A DNA stretch of 64,000 nucleotides, taken from IMG/VR virus record IMGVR_UViG_3300035696_000020, positions 39,892 to 103,891 of that record. One strand, written 5' to 3'. This document shows, piece after piece, positions 15,449 through 25,004 of the stretch. The translations under genes and the position numbers were made by a program. The notes under the pieces were generated by a model. That model was given only the letters and a program-made list of their open reading frames with translations, was not told the origin of the DNA and made no database searches. This DNA comes from a virus. How positions within the stretch are numbered: position 1 is the first letter of the stretch; each line of letters begins with the position of its first letter.

Positions 15449-15522
15449 GACGGCATGGCCGAGCGTCCAGGCTGGTGGCTGCAACCCACCCTAGGCAAGT
15501 TAAACTCTTGCTGCCGTCTCCA
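15449..15522 (+). tRNA. tRNA-Cys(GCA)
   Basis: Cloverleaf, loop CT GCA AC, TCCA. Confidence 0.85.
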
Positions 15523-15526
15523 ATAT

Positions 15527-15601
15527 GCTCCGGTGGTCCAAAGGATGGTCGCCACTCTTCTAAAGTGGTTTTTTATGCTGGTTCGAGTCCAGCCCGGAGT
15601 G
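15527..15601 (+). tRNA. tRNA-Arg(TCT)
   Basis: Loop CT TCT AA, TTCGAGT T loop, no CCA. Confidence 0.8.
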
Positions 15602-15602
15602 C

Positions 15603-15676
15603 GGTCGCGTAGCCTAGCGGACGAGGCACCCTTCTCCTAAAAGGGATTTACGGATGTTCGACTCATCCCGCGACCT
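15603..15676 (+). tRNA. tRNA-Arg(CCT)
   Basis: Loop CT CCT AA, TTCGACT T loop, no CCA. Confidence 0.85.
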
Positions 15677-15684
15677 CTAAATTA

Positions 15685-15770
15685 CGGAAAGTTAAGCCGG
15701 CAGGGCCGGTCCTGCTTTGCTAAAGCAAGGGTGGGCGCAAGTCCATGGGAATCGTGTTCTCAGCTTTCCG
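15685..15770 (+). tRNA. tRNA-Ser(GCT)
   Basis: GGAAAGT/GCTTTCC, long variable arm, T loop ATCGTGT, no CCA. Confidence 0.7.
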
Positions 15771-15771
15771 C

Positions 15772-15845
15772 GCGGGCGTGGCGTAACAGCAACGTACTAG
15801 TCTTCCAAACTAGGGTCCTCGGGGCAGCACCGAGCGTCCGCACCA
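15772..15845 (+). tRNA. tRNA-Gly(TCC)
   Basis: Loop CT TCC AA, T loop GGCAGCA, ACCA. Confidence 0.85.
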
Positions 15846-15967
15846 AATTTACCGTTCGGGTTCCCGCTCGGTAAGATCGGCCAAAAGATCGGCCATTGTT
15901 CCCGTTCGGGAATAGCGGTGTCAGAAAGTGATAGGACTAGTCTCCTAAAAGTGCATGAATTTTCAAT

Positions 15968-16044
15968 GGACCCTTCGTCTAGTCGGCCGAGGATACCTGA
16001 TTTTCACTCAGGAGACGCGAGATCGTGCCTCGCAGGGTCTACCA
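15968..16044 (+). tRNA. tRNA-Glu(TTC)
   Basis: Loop TT TTC AC, T loop ATCGTGC, ACCA. Confidence 0.8.
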
Positions 16045-16046
16045 AT

Positions 16047-16119
16047 AGGCAAGTAGCTCAACTGGCAGAGCATTCCGCTTTGAACGGAAAGGTTGGGGTT
16101 TCGATCACCTCCTTGCCTG
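16047..16119 (+). tRNA. tRNA-Gln(TTG)
   Basis: Loop CT TTG AA, no CCA. Confidence 0.85.
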
Positions 16120-16120
16120 C

Positions 16121-16195
16121 GGCGGCAGTTCGGTAGGCGAACAGGTGTTGCTCATAACGACACATAGGCGAGTTCGACCCTCGCAGCCGCTACCA
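16121..16195 (+). tRNA. Atypical tRNA with CAT anticodon (Met-like)
   Basis: GGCGGC/GCCGCT, 5-bp D stem, loop CT CAT AA, TTCGACC, ACCA. Confidence 0.65.
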
Positions 16196-16200
16196 GTTAC

Positions 16201-16274
16201 GCCATTGTAGTTTAACGGTAAAACGCCTCGCTGTGGACGAGGAAACCGTGGTTCGACACCACGCCTTGGTGCCA
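16201..16274 (+). tRNA. tRNA-His(GTG)
   Basis: Loop CT GTG GA; two acceptor mismatches; CCA. Confidence 0.7.
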
Positions 16275-16280
16275 AAATAT

Positions 16281-16358
16281 AGGGGTGTAGCTTAGCCTGT
16301 TCCAAAGCACTCGTCTCCAAAACGAGGATCGTGGGTTAAAATCCTACCACCCTTGCCA
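16281..16358 (+). tRNA. tRNA-Trp(CCA)
   Basis: Loop CT CCA AA, GCCA. Confidence 0.85.
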
Positions 16359-16401
16359 AATCTGGGCGTTCACTTTCCATGTGGATTCATCGTCAAAGGG
16401 C

Positions 16402-16431
16402 TTGACAAAACAAGGAAAATCTGCCTATAAA
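16402..16431 (+). promoter_or_regulatory. Sigma70-like promoter
   Basis: TTGACA-18 bp-TATAAA. Confidence 0.55.
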
Positions 16432-16555
16432 GGGAGACTGACTTGGTGGCCTTTCGCCCTCGGGGATTGGCAGGTTGGGGCCTCGCGCAGCGGGGCGGTC
16501 CCTGGTCTCACCACGGACTGGGTTAATGTACCCAAAGTTGTCTATCGCGTTTCCT
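16432..16555 (+). ncRNA. Candidate 6S-like RNA
   Basis: Rod with closing stem GGGAGAC/GTTTCCT, central bubble holding a TGGGT/ACCCA hairpin, GGGGCC...GGTCCCTGG apical stem. Confidence 0.4.
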
Positions 16556-16581
16556 GAATAAAATCAACTAGTTGAGGTGCA

Positions 16582-16893
16582 ATGAGCACAAAGAAAAAGC
16601 TCACGGTTGCATTTAGGAATCTGCGTAAGGCCGGCTACTTCGCGGAAGCGCGTTTCGGCTGTTGTCAGGGCTGTGGCTGGGCTGCGGTCCCTGATGAAAT
16701 GTGTGATAACGCAGTCTTTTACCACGAACAGGATGCCGAAGAGCTGAAATATGTCGGCCACGTCCATCTGGCATGGTCAGGCAACGGCGCGGAGATCATG
16801 CGGCACCTACGGGATGCGGGGCTTTATGTGGATTGGGATGGGGACCCTGCCAAGAGGATATGCGTTGGCGAGGTGCCGTTTACACGCCAATGA
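16582..16893 (+). CDS. Hypothetical protein
   Basis: GAGGTG RBS; CCQGCGW, AVFYHEQD, WDGDPAKRI. Confidence 0.7.
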   Translation: MSTKKKLTVAFRNLRKAGYFAEARFGCCQGCGWAAVPDEMCDNAVFYHEQDAEELKYVGHVHLAWSGNGAEIMRHLRDAGLYVDWDGDPAKRICVGEVPFTRQ

Positions 16894-17061
16894 CAGGTTA
16901 CCTGGTCAGACAATAGGCGTTCTCGAATTGCCCAAAAGAGGCAATTTTGTAATCCTTCACCAACTCGGGAAAGCGTTCGGTGTAAATCTCTCGCTCATAG
17001 GATGACGGCCAGACCATGTATTTCTTGCCGTCAATTCCAGTGCGATATTCGTAGCTGAACA

Positions 17062-17286
17062 TTAGGCTTCCTCCCAACTCGACAACAAGCCCAACACTTC
17101 CTCGTCTGATAAGACGTGCTTCTCGTGCAACATCTCCACAAGTTTGCCCAAGAACTCAGCGGTATTAGAGGCCGTGTATTGTGCAGCCTCTAGGGCTCCA
17201 CGTTCATAATCGTGGCCGTCGCATTCACGTTCGACTGCCGTAGATAAATCCACCGGCCGACTGCATTTGTAAGACTTGAGTTTCAT
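17062..17286 (-). CDS. Hypothetical protein
   Basis: ORF with GGAG RBS. Confidence 0.55.
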   Translation of the reverse strand: MKLKSYKCSRPVDLSTAVERECDGHDYERGALEAAQYTASNTAEFLGKLVEMLHEKHVLSDEEVLGLLSSWEEA

Positions 17287-17506
17287 TTCATTCTCCTGGC
17301 TTGCTCTACCCCCACCACCCTACCGGAAAGAACAGGATGTCGTATTAGGTTCCGTTCGCTCTAAAGGCTTGCCACGCGGCAAGGGAAAATCCGCAGGCTA
17401 TCACTAACCACAGCCAAAAGAGTGATGTACTATAGGTTAATAAGCCAGCGGCAAGTATTAGAACTGTGCTGACACCAAAGAGAACGATCGTTGGGGATAG
17501 CATGGT

Positions 17507-17719
17507 TCAATCGCCCGTTTTGATGCGGCTTTCGCTCAGAACACGTTCCTGTTCATCCCAAAAGGCTTGGTTCCAGCCTGCCACGAACCACTCACGTTCA
17601 AGCATGATGCTGTAATTCTTGATTGCGAAACGTTCAGCAGCCGCGTAGCTTGGAATTTCTCCGCTGTGGTAGGCGTGTTTGCCAGCCTTTTCCGCGTTCG
17701 CTAGGGTTTGGTTGGTCAT
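17507..17719 (-). CDS. Hypothetical protein
   Basis: Follows the repeated upstream cassette; GGAG RBS. Confidence 0.55.
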   Translation of the reverse strand: MTNQTLANAEKAGKHAYHSGEIPSYAAAERFAIKNYSIMLEREWFVAGWNQAFWDEQERVLSESRIKTGD

Positions 17720-17727
17720 CTTCATCT

Positions 17728-18059
17728 CCGTTCCCATCTACGAGTAACATAGAGACTGCTGGACGATTTGTCCAATCACGAAATGTTACAAACCGAATGA
17801 TTTGGCGATACGTTCTGCCATCTCAATACCGCCTTGGTTGACACAAGCGACTGCTATCCGTACTTCGGTGTTGAAACGTCGCGATGATAGGTGGTCCAAC
17901 GTCCCATGCTCCGAACGCATGTACCCTTCAATATGGCGAGGGTCGTAGGTAGGCGCGATTTGTTGGATTTGTTGGCGGTAGTTCATGTTTAGCCCTCCGT
18001 TCCATCTACACAGAACATAAGACAAAACGTCCAAGACTACAAATCACGAAATGTTACAA
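17728..18059 (-). repeat. Two ~63-bp promoter/leader cassettes (17728-17791 and 17997-18059)
   Basis: Exact 18-mer AATCACGAAATGTTACAA at 17774 and 18042, plus shared CCGTTC(C)CATCTAC and AACATA. Confidence 0.75.
17786..17986 (-). CDS. Hypothetical protein
   Basis: GGAGG RBS; DPRHIEGYMRSEHGTLDHLS. Confidence 0.6.
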   Translation of the reverse strand: MNYRQQIQQIAPTYDPRHIEGYMRSEHGTLDHLSSRRFNTEVRIAVACVNQGGIEMAERIAKSFGL

Positions 18060-18128
18060 TAAAGTGCGGCCGCTATTACAACCTAATATTTTTTTCAACC
18101 CTTGCGTGCATATAGATAAGAATAGACC

Positions 18129-18515
18129 ATGGCTAAAGGCTTCAAAACAGGTGGGCGTCAGAAGGGAAGTCCCAATAAGATCAAGGCTGTCTCGTCTGGC
18201 ATGGATGAGGCAATCAACGAGGCATTTGAGGTCGCGAGTGCTAGTGACGAAACCCCATTGCAGTATATGCTAAGGATCATGCGGGACTCACGGGCTGCGG
18301 TCGGTCGCCGGGACAATATGGCAAAGGCGGCTGCGCAATACCTGCATCCCAAGCTCGTATCGACCGAAACCAAAGACATCACCGAGAAACCGCAGACCGT
18401 TGAAGACGCTTGGTCCCGTGTCTTTGCCCAGATCAACAAAATGGGTCTTCGGCCCGAGGACGTATTCCAGCGGCAGGGCGTAGTTGTGGACGAGGAACGG
18501 GGGACTGCGCACTAA
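18129..18515 (+). CDS. Probable terminase small subunit
   Basis: KTGGRQKGSPNK, TPLQYML, AKAAAQYLHPKL; upstream of TerL. Confidence 0.6.
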   Translation: MAKGFKTGGRQKGSPNKIKAVSSGMDEAINEAFEVASASDETPLQYMLRIMRDSRAAVGRRDNMAKAAAQYLHPKLVSTETKDITEKPQTVEDAWSRVFAQINKMGLRPEDVFQRQGVVVDEERGTAH

Positions 18516-19473
18516 GGTTGACAACGCGGCGGGAATGTGGTCGAAGGAACTATGGAACCTGACGACCTCGCGCCTTCCCGTGGCATAGTGAACGGGCTCC
18601 TGATCTCGTCTGCACTCTGGCTGCTATTGGGCTGGGCGTTCTATGCGCTTTAACATCAACGTGGATTGCCCGGAACTGAGGCTTGGCTAGTCAGTCTTTT
18701 GGTAGTAGCGTTTGTCTTCTATGTCGTGACTCGATAGGGGATGGGAAGTGTCACGGTCGCACCGGAATGCGGGACTTAATCAGCTAGGACCGAAGCGCTG
18801 GGTTGAGGACGGGCTAAAGCTCAAGCGCACCGGCATGAAGCAGCACCATGCCTTGGTTTCGCTCACTGGCGAGGATAAGGCTGCGATCGATGCATGGCGT
18901 AAGAGACACGGGATAGTCTCGGTTGATTATGAGATCGCGAGACGGGAACTTATCACGCTGAAAAACGCATGGCACGCTGGGCGTCGCAAGGTCACTCCAA
19001 GCCTGCCTAAGTTGAATCTGCCACCGCTGTTGGATGAGCAGTGAGCACGTACACTGAACAAAACGCTAAACTGAGATTGTGCCCATTGCTCACTATTGCC
19101 AATCGGATGGCAGATGTCAATGCTGCATCAACGCCTTGTCTAGCCAGTGGTTGTATGATGTGGCGTTGGGATCGTTTCGCTAATAGGATGAGTTCGAGAC
19201 GCGGAGAGGACCGGATTGGTCGATGTGGCCTTTCTGGAGAAGATGAGGGAGACTAACATGAAATTCTCGATAATGGATCATAGCGGTCACAGTACCGAGG
19301 CGTTCGACAAGGCGTCGGCCGAATCCTTGGCTGCCGCCCAAGCTCGGTTCGATGAACTGATTGCCGAGGGTCGGACTGCCGCAGTACGGACTGGCGAAGG
19401 CTCTGGCCGAGTGATTAAGGCGTTCGAGCCGGCCGATGAGGTGCTGTTTATCCCGCGTCTCATGGGTGGCTGA

Positions 19474-20538
19474 TTGCCTCTCAACGCTAGGGATATTGCG
19501 CTTCGGAGTGCGGAAGAGGCGTTCTATTCGGTCATTCGTAGTGCTGGGCAAGATCGTCCGCCGTACCTCGACCGCATTGATTATCATAGGAACCACGACA
19601 ACGGTTCTCTAGCGTTTGAAGCGCGGTTCCACTCCTATGTAGGCCAATCTGTTCATTGGATGCTGTTTGAGAGATTGGACTACTCTCGGTTTGATCTTGG
19701 CGGGTATGTTCGTGAATGCCATTCGCTCTATTCCCGCCTATACGAAGATCACATGCTACAATTGGAGTTGCAACCAAGACGGGAGGCACTTGAGCGCCTA
19801 TACCGGATAATGGCGCCGGCCCATATGATCGAGAACGCCCGTGAGGACTATAGGCGATTTGAAGAGCACTTACGGCGGCATCACAGTTACGTGCGTCCTG
19901 GCTCAGTGTGGAATGACCCAAATCCGTACTACATCAACCGGACCATACGCGAGATCGAGCCGTTCCGACATGAAGGACCAAGCCAAGTATTCAGGGACGT
20001 AGAGGAAACGCTACGTCGGTCTCGCAATGCAGTTGAAGCCCAAATGTTTATGGGCAGCGCGACGACCTCCACGACGGCAACCGAACAGCGGACGTTGACG
20101 GCTGACAGTGTACTCCGAGCGTATGAACGTTTTGCGTCCACTCCTAGCTCTTGGAACAATCTTGTAGCCTCAGACCTAACCGAAGCTAGTCTCCAGCGTC
20201 TACGTGACTATGTTCTAGGCGACTATGCGCCTCAAAATACAGAGGCCGACAAAAAGGGCATCGAACTACTCAAATCCTGGCTGACACCTGACCAACTAGC
20301 CCAATACGAGAAGTCAAAGGCGTTCGAGGTCACAGGTTCGCACACTGGCAAGCGCTACCGAATCAAGCACGGTCGGCAGATGAACATCGAGGAACTTGAC
20401 AAGAACGGGAAACGAGTTCAGGGTTTATGTGCACTGCCGATCGGGACGCTTGTGGCCGGCGATTGTGTTCTTGCCCAAAAGCTCGCGATCGAGACCAACG
20501 AGAAGCAATTCCTAGAGGTTGCAAATAAGTTCGCATGA
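19474..20538 (+). CDS. Hypothetical protein
   Basis: Long ORF; C-terminal FEVTGS.TGKRYRI..G, GD..LAQKL. Confidence 0.65.
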   Translation: MPLNARDIALRSAEEAFYSVIRSAGQDRPPYLDRIDYHRNHDNGSLAFEARFHSYVGQSVHWMLFERLDYSRFDLGGYVRECHSLYSRLYEDHMLQLELQPRREALERLYRIMAPAHMIENAREDYRRFEEHLRRHHSYVRPGSVWNDPNPYYINRTIREIEPFRHEGPSQVFRDVEETLRRSRNAVEAQMFMGSATTSTTATEQRTLTADSVLRAYERFASTPSSWNNLVASDLTEASLQRLRDYVLGDYAPQNTEADKKGIELLKSWLTPDQLAQYEKSKAFEVTGSHTGKRYRIKHGRQMNIEELDKNGKRVQGLCALPIGTLVAGDCVLAQKLAIETNEKQFLEVANKFA

Positions 20539-21020
20539 GCATGTTGCAACGCGAGATAAACGGCCTAGTCTCTGAACTTGACTTCGCATCTAAAGATAAG
20601 GCGGAATCACCACCAACCCGTGATTTGATGCGACGCGCGAAACAGTGCATTGAAGAGCTATTGGGCCACGAACGTAGGGCTAATGAAGTTGCTGATAGGC
20701 TGGCTAAAGTTTTAAGCCTGCAAGCCGAAGCCATTTGCTCCTGTGGCCAGATGCCAAAGTCTCGTTGCGATGGGGCAACGACGTGCCAATTGGGGTAATA
20801 TGATGGGATGGGCAAGCGGGAGTCGTCTATTTAGTTCAGTGATCGAGGCCGTCAAGCAGACTCGATTGAACGAAACAGAGCGAGAGCATCTTTACGAAAA
20901 GCTAATTGACGCCTTTGCGGACGCCGACTGGGACACGATGGATGAGTGTCTTGGCGAAGATAGCGCATACGACAAAGCCTATCGGGCGTGGTCAAAGGCA
21001 CATGGATTTGACGAAGACGA

Positions 21021-24000
21021 TTGAGCCTAATCCCATTTCTCTCTGGCAAGCATAACCCCTCCGATGTCCTGCTTCTCAATGAATACATTGCAGACGCGGA
21101 AACCGTAGAGAACAGGATAAGGTACGAGAACAGCCTAAGCGAGTTCGTAAAGGACGCTTGGCACGCGGTTGACCCGAGTACCTATCAAGAATCTTGGGTT
21201 ATCGACGCGGTTTGCGACCACCTGATGGCAGTTTCCACAGGTGATATTAAGCGCTTGCTGGTGAATGTGCCCCCACGCACTGGCAAAACTACCGTGATTT
21301 CAATACTTTATCCGATGTGGACATGGATACAGCCTAACGCAGACCCAGATGAAGACTTCCTACGTGGTCCGCATGTCCGGTTCCTGTGTGCGAGCTACGA
21401 TCACTTCCTTGCCATGGACAACTCGAACAAATCTCGTCGGTTGGTCTATTCGCCTTGGTTCCAGAAATACTGGCCTGACCGGATACATCTACAGGTAGAC
21501 CAAAACGCTAAGGCTAAATGGGACAATACGTTCGGAGGGTCGCGGCAGTCTACATCAGTTGCGGGTGGTCTGCTTGGTCGCGGCGGGGATGTTCTGATCG
21601 GGGATGATTTGAATGACACTCAGGTTGAGGGTGGCGAATCTGACGCAGATCGCAAGTCGGTAGCAACGTTCTGGCGTGAGTTCTCGACAACCCGCCTCAA
21701 CAACCAGCGGCGCGGTGCGATAATCAACGTTCAACAGAGGACACATACTGGCGACGTTTCTGGTATCATCATGGGCGGTCAAGAGGATTACGTCCAGCTT
21801 GTCGTTCCGATGCGCTATGATGCAACAAGGCATTGCGTAACCGTAGTTCTACCTCAGTACGATGACGATGAGCCCTGGCAGGACCCTAGGTCTGTCGAAG
21901 GCGAACTTATGTGGCCTGAACGCTTCAATGATGAAGAGATCAGGCGCATGGAAATCGGCCTCGGCAAGTACATGGCAGCCGGCCGACTTCAACAGCGTCC
22001 GGTGCCTGCGGGCGGTGGCATCATTCAATGGGAGTGGTGGAAGCCGTGGGACCAGATCGAAGCAAGATCATATGGCTTGGAATGGGGTTCGCCGCCCTGT
22101 GAGGTCTGTAACGGCGAGAAGACATACACGACACCATCTGGCCGGCTAAGGCTCTGCCAGCACTGTCAAGGGACAGGTGAAGAGCCTGGGAAGATTCGCA
22201 AGGAGTTCCCGGATTTCGATCTGAGGTTTGCAAGCCTCGATACCGCGTTCGGAGAGAAGGAAGAGAACGACTACTCCGCGCTCACGGTTTGGGGCGTCTG
22301 GCTAGACAAGAACAAGAATCGACGCCTGATGCTGATGTATGCGTGGAATAAGCGATTACCATTGCACGGGAGACAGTTGTCTTTCGATCCTGGCACGTCC
22401 GGGGATAAGGTCCGCAAGGCCCAAGATCAGGAATGGGGACTCGTGGAGCTAGTCGCGGATACCTGCAAGCGGTACAAGGTCCACCGACTATTGATCGAGG
22501 ATAAGTCGCGCGGGACCGACGTTTCGAACGAACTGCACCGATTGTATGCCCGTGAGAACTTCGGGATCATGATGATTAACCCAACACGGGATAAGGTCTC
22601 GCGGTGTCACTCCGTTGTCCCGATGTTTGCGGACAACATGATTTACTGCCCTGAGACTGCGTGGTCGGACAAAGTTCGCGAGCAGATGTCTGAATTTCCT
22701 AAAGCAGATCACGATGATCTGGTCGATTCATGCCTGACTGGCAGCACTGGCATTGTAACGACACGTGGTATCGTAAGTATTGCGGAAGTAATCTGTGGTG
22801 ATCTTGTTCTAACCCATAAGGGTAGGTGGCGCAAAGTTCTTAGGACAGGCTCTAGGATTTCAGATCACTATTATAGAGTCAAGGCTAAGGGCTTAGATCA
22901 GATTGAGATTACAGGCGAGCATCCGTTTCTAACGATGAGAGTGCGGTGCCCACAGACCGCTGGCAAAGAGTGTGTAGGGACTGCATGGAAAGCTACCAAA
23001 GAACTAGTCGCTAGGCCGACTTATGCCTTCCGCAGGAATGGCAAATTGGTACAATCTCAGCGGCGCGTTAATCACGACGCGCTTGTTATCCCAAGGCTTG
23101 CTGGTCAAGCCAAGGATAGGATTGATCTAGCGGAGGTCTGGGGTGACACTGTTACCCATGACGATCACAAGATTTATCATAAGCGCGCTCCGTTGGGTCG
23201 GTTCTCGTTTAGAGATGCTGAGAATATAATTCTTCTCGCGCAGCACCGTGAGCAAAAAGAAATTGCCGAAATGTACGGCGTTTCAACGGGTATGATATCC
23301 CTAATTGTCAAGGGTAAGGTCGGCCCTCTAAGAGAAAAGCAGCACCAAGATAGTGTTGGTAGATTTATCAGTCTTGATAGAGAGGCAGGATGGGTATTCG
23401 GACTCTATGCGGCAGAGGGTTGTGTAAGTAAACATTCCCAAGTGAAGTGGTCTTGTGATTACGAAGCGATCTCTAGAATCCAGACGTGGATAAATTCAAC
23501 CTTCGGTAAAAGCGTTAAGATCACGAAAGGTAACGGTTGTTATTCAGTAGTTCTATCTTCCCTTCTCGTGACTCCAATTTTCATGGAGTTTGGCTATCTA
23601 GCCGAGAATAAGATAGTGCCGCAATGGGCTCTAGATGCTCCGTTAGACTTCGTCCAGGGCTTTATTGATGGGTATTCTTACGGCGATGGGTGCGCGGTTG
23701 GGAACCGCATTGCATTGACTTCTACATCTCAATCGTTGCTCTGGGGTGTTAGACTTATGCTGGCCAGATTAGGAATACCCTCTTGGTATCAGATCGATAA
23801 GGAAGAAGGCCCGCGCAAGGTATTTGGTCGAATGTCGGAGTGTCTAGAGGCATACCGGCTTGATTATGCTATCAAGGCGAAGCATAGCGGTGCCGTTGTG
23901 AGCGAAGACTACATAGGCACTCATATCGAGAAGATTGAGCGCGTCAATGAGAAAGCGATCGTCTACAATCTATCAGTAGAAGAAGATGAGAGCTACGTTA

Positions 24001-24155
24001 CGGTTGGCGGGACTGTGCACAACTGCACGCAAGCTCTCAACTGGTTCCGCGAATCTGGTCTAGTGTATCGTGCAGATGAGGCGACTGCGATGGAGGAAGA
24101 AGAGGCGACGTGGCGGCCAAGGACGGAGAGCGTGGCGGCGCAATATGGGGTCTAA
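21021..24155 (+). CDS. terL: Terminase large subunit with intein
   Basis: LLVNVPPRTGKTT Walker A, IGDD Walker B, QQR.H..D, SLDTA, NDYSA, IEDKS.G, HDDLVDS. Confidence 0.95.
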   Translation: MSLIPFLSGKHNPSDVLLLNEYIADAETVENRIRYENSLSEFVKDAWHAVDPSTYQESWVIDAVCDHLMAVSTGDIKRLLVNVPPRTGKTTVISILYPMWTWIQPNADPDEDFLRGPHVRFLCASYDHFLAMDNSNKSRRLVYSPWFQKYWPDRIHLQVDQNAKAKWDNTFGGSRQSTSVAGGLLGRGGDVLIGDDLNDTQVEGGESDADRKSVATFWREFSTTRLNNQRRGAIINVQQRTHTGDVSGIIMGGQEDYVQLVVPMRYDATRHCVTVVLPQYDDDEPWQDPRSVEGELMWPERFNDEEIRRMEIGLGKYMAAGRLQQRPVPAGGGIIQWEWWKPWDQIEARSYGLEWGSPPCEVCNGEKTYTTPSGRLRLCQHCQGTGEEPGKIRKEFPDFDLRFASLDTAFGEKEENDYSALTVWGVWLDKNKNRRLMLMYAWNKRLPLHGRQLSFDPGTSGDKVRKAQDQEWGLVELVADTCKRYKVHRLLIEDKSRGTDVSNELHRLYARENFGIMMINPTRDKVSRCHSVVPMFADNMIYCPETAWSDKVREQMSEFPKADHDDLVDSCLTGSTGIVTTRGIVSIAEVICGDLVLTHKGRWRKVLRTGSRISDHYYRVKAKGLDQIEITGEHPFLTMRVRCPQTAGKECVGTAWKATKELVARPTYAFRRNGKLVQSQRRVNHDALVIPRLAGQAKDRIDLAEVWGDTVTHDDHKIYHKRAPLGRFSFRDAENIILLAQHREQKEIAEMYGVSTGMISLIVKGKVGPLREKQHQDSVGRFISLDREAGWVFGLYAAEGCVSKHSQVKWSCDYEAISRIQTWINSTFGKSVKITKGNGCYSVVLSSLLVTPIFMEFGYLAENKIVPQWALDAPLDFVQGFIDGYSYGDGCAVGNRIALTSTSQSLLWGVRLMLARLGIPSWYQIDKEEGPRKVFGRMSECLEAYRLDYAIKAKHSGAVVSEDYIGTHIEKIERVNEKAIVYNLSVEEDESYVTVGGTVHNCTQALNWFRESGLVYRADEATAMEEEEATWRPRTESVAAQYGV
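22731..24023 (+). mobile_element. Intein (431 aa) with LAGLIDADG endonuclease and an HTH
   Basis: S/CLTGST...; ITGEHPF block B; GLYAAEG and FIDGYSYGDG; VYNLSVEEDESYV...VHN/C. Confidence 0.93.
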
Positions 24156-24347
24156 TCATTCTCTCAAAGATCATTTCACGCGCAAGACCGGTTTCAAACG
24201 GGGTTAGGACTATCCTCATTCGGCTGGAATGGTCCAATACGCTCATCGTCGGCATCACAATCCCCCGCACTGGCATAAGGGACGAGACTGCGACCACTGC
24301 GGGGGTAGCGACTAGGCCACGGAGTAGAGAACGGCGGGTGAGGATCG

Positions 24348-24596
24348 TCATTTGTTAGCCTCTCGTAGCAAGATGTCTGCATGGCACGATTTTGGTGCAC
24401 AGTAGCATATAAGGTCCTTGCCTCGCAACGGTTCTAAGTCAAGAGTAGGAAGCGTGTTGAGTTCGAACAGTCGGATTACCTCTTCGCGGTTGCCGTGCAC
24501 GCCAATGCGGTAAGGATTACCCCACGGTGAACCTCGCCCTACATAGACTGCATCTGGCGGCGCGGTTCGTGCGTATTTGTTGTGGACTTTAGGCAT
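24348..24596 (-). CDS. DUF4326-like protein
   Basis: VYVGRGSPWGNPY...LRGKDLICYCAP..CHADIL. Confidence 0.8.
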   Translation of the reverse strand: MPKVHNKYARTAPPDAVYVGRGSPWGNPYRIGVHGNREEVIRLFELNTLPTLDLEPLRGKDLICYCAPKSCHADILLREANK

Positions 24597-25004
24597 GATT
24601 GGTGAGGGTGTGCATGATGGAATCTCCAAGGCGTACAGTTCGACCGATTCGCAAGGAAGTCAAGCCAAAGGGAATGTCCTACTGGCGCGTACCTAACAAT
24701 GGCTACGTGCTCCCGAGGCTTCAATCTCCTGGCGTGGCTGACAAACTAGAGAGCGCAGTAGGCTTTTGGACGCCGCAGGGGCCAGACTTCGAAGGGTTGT
24801 GGGCGAAGAAGTGAATGGCTCGCCCAGTCTACTACCGCGTCCGTGTCCGTCGTGCAACAGAAACTTGGGTCGAAGTCGCCGCCTTATCCACAGAAAACGC
24901 CGAAGATGAGGCATTAAAAGTGCCTGGGGTCTTGAGCGTCTTTGGGAAGTCGGCTATACGTGTAGATGAGACGAATCGGCCGGGGAGACCTGAGGGGGTC
25001 CGGG

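Noticed and set aside
15851-15918. Short direct repeats AAGATCGGCCA x2 and GTTCCCG(C/T)TCGG x2
   Set aside because: Two copies only with no spacer architecture; not a CRISPR
14791-16320. Several 60-160-aa ORFs on both strands over the tRNA cluster
   Set aside because: Shadow ORFs of tRNA genes
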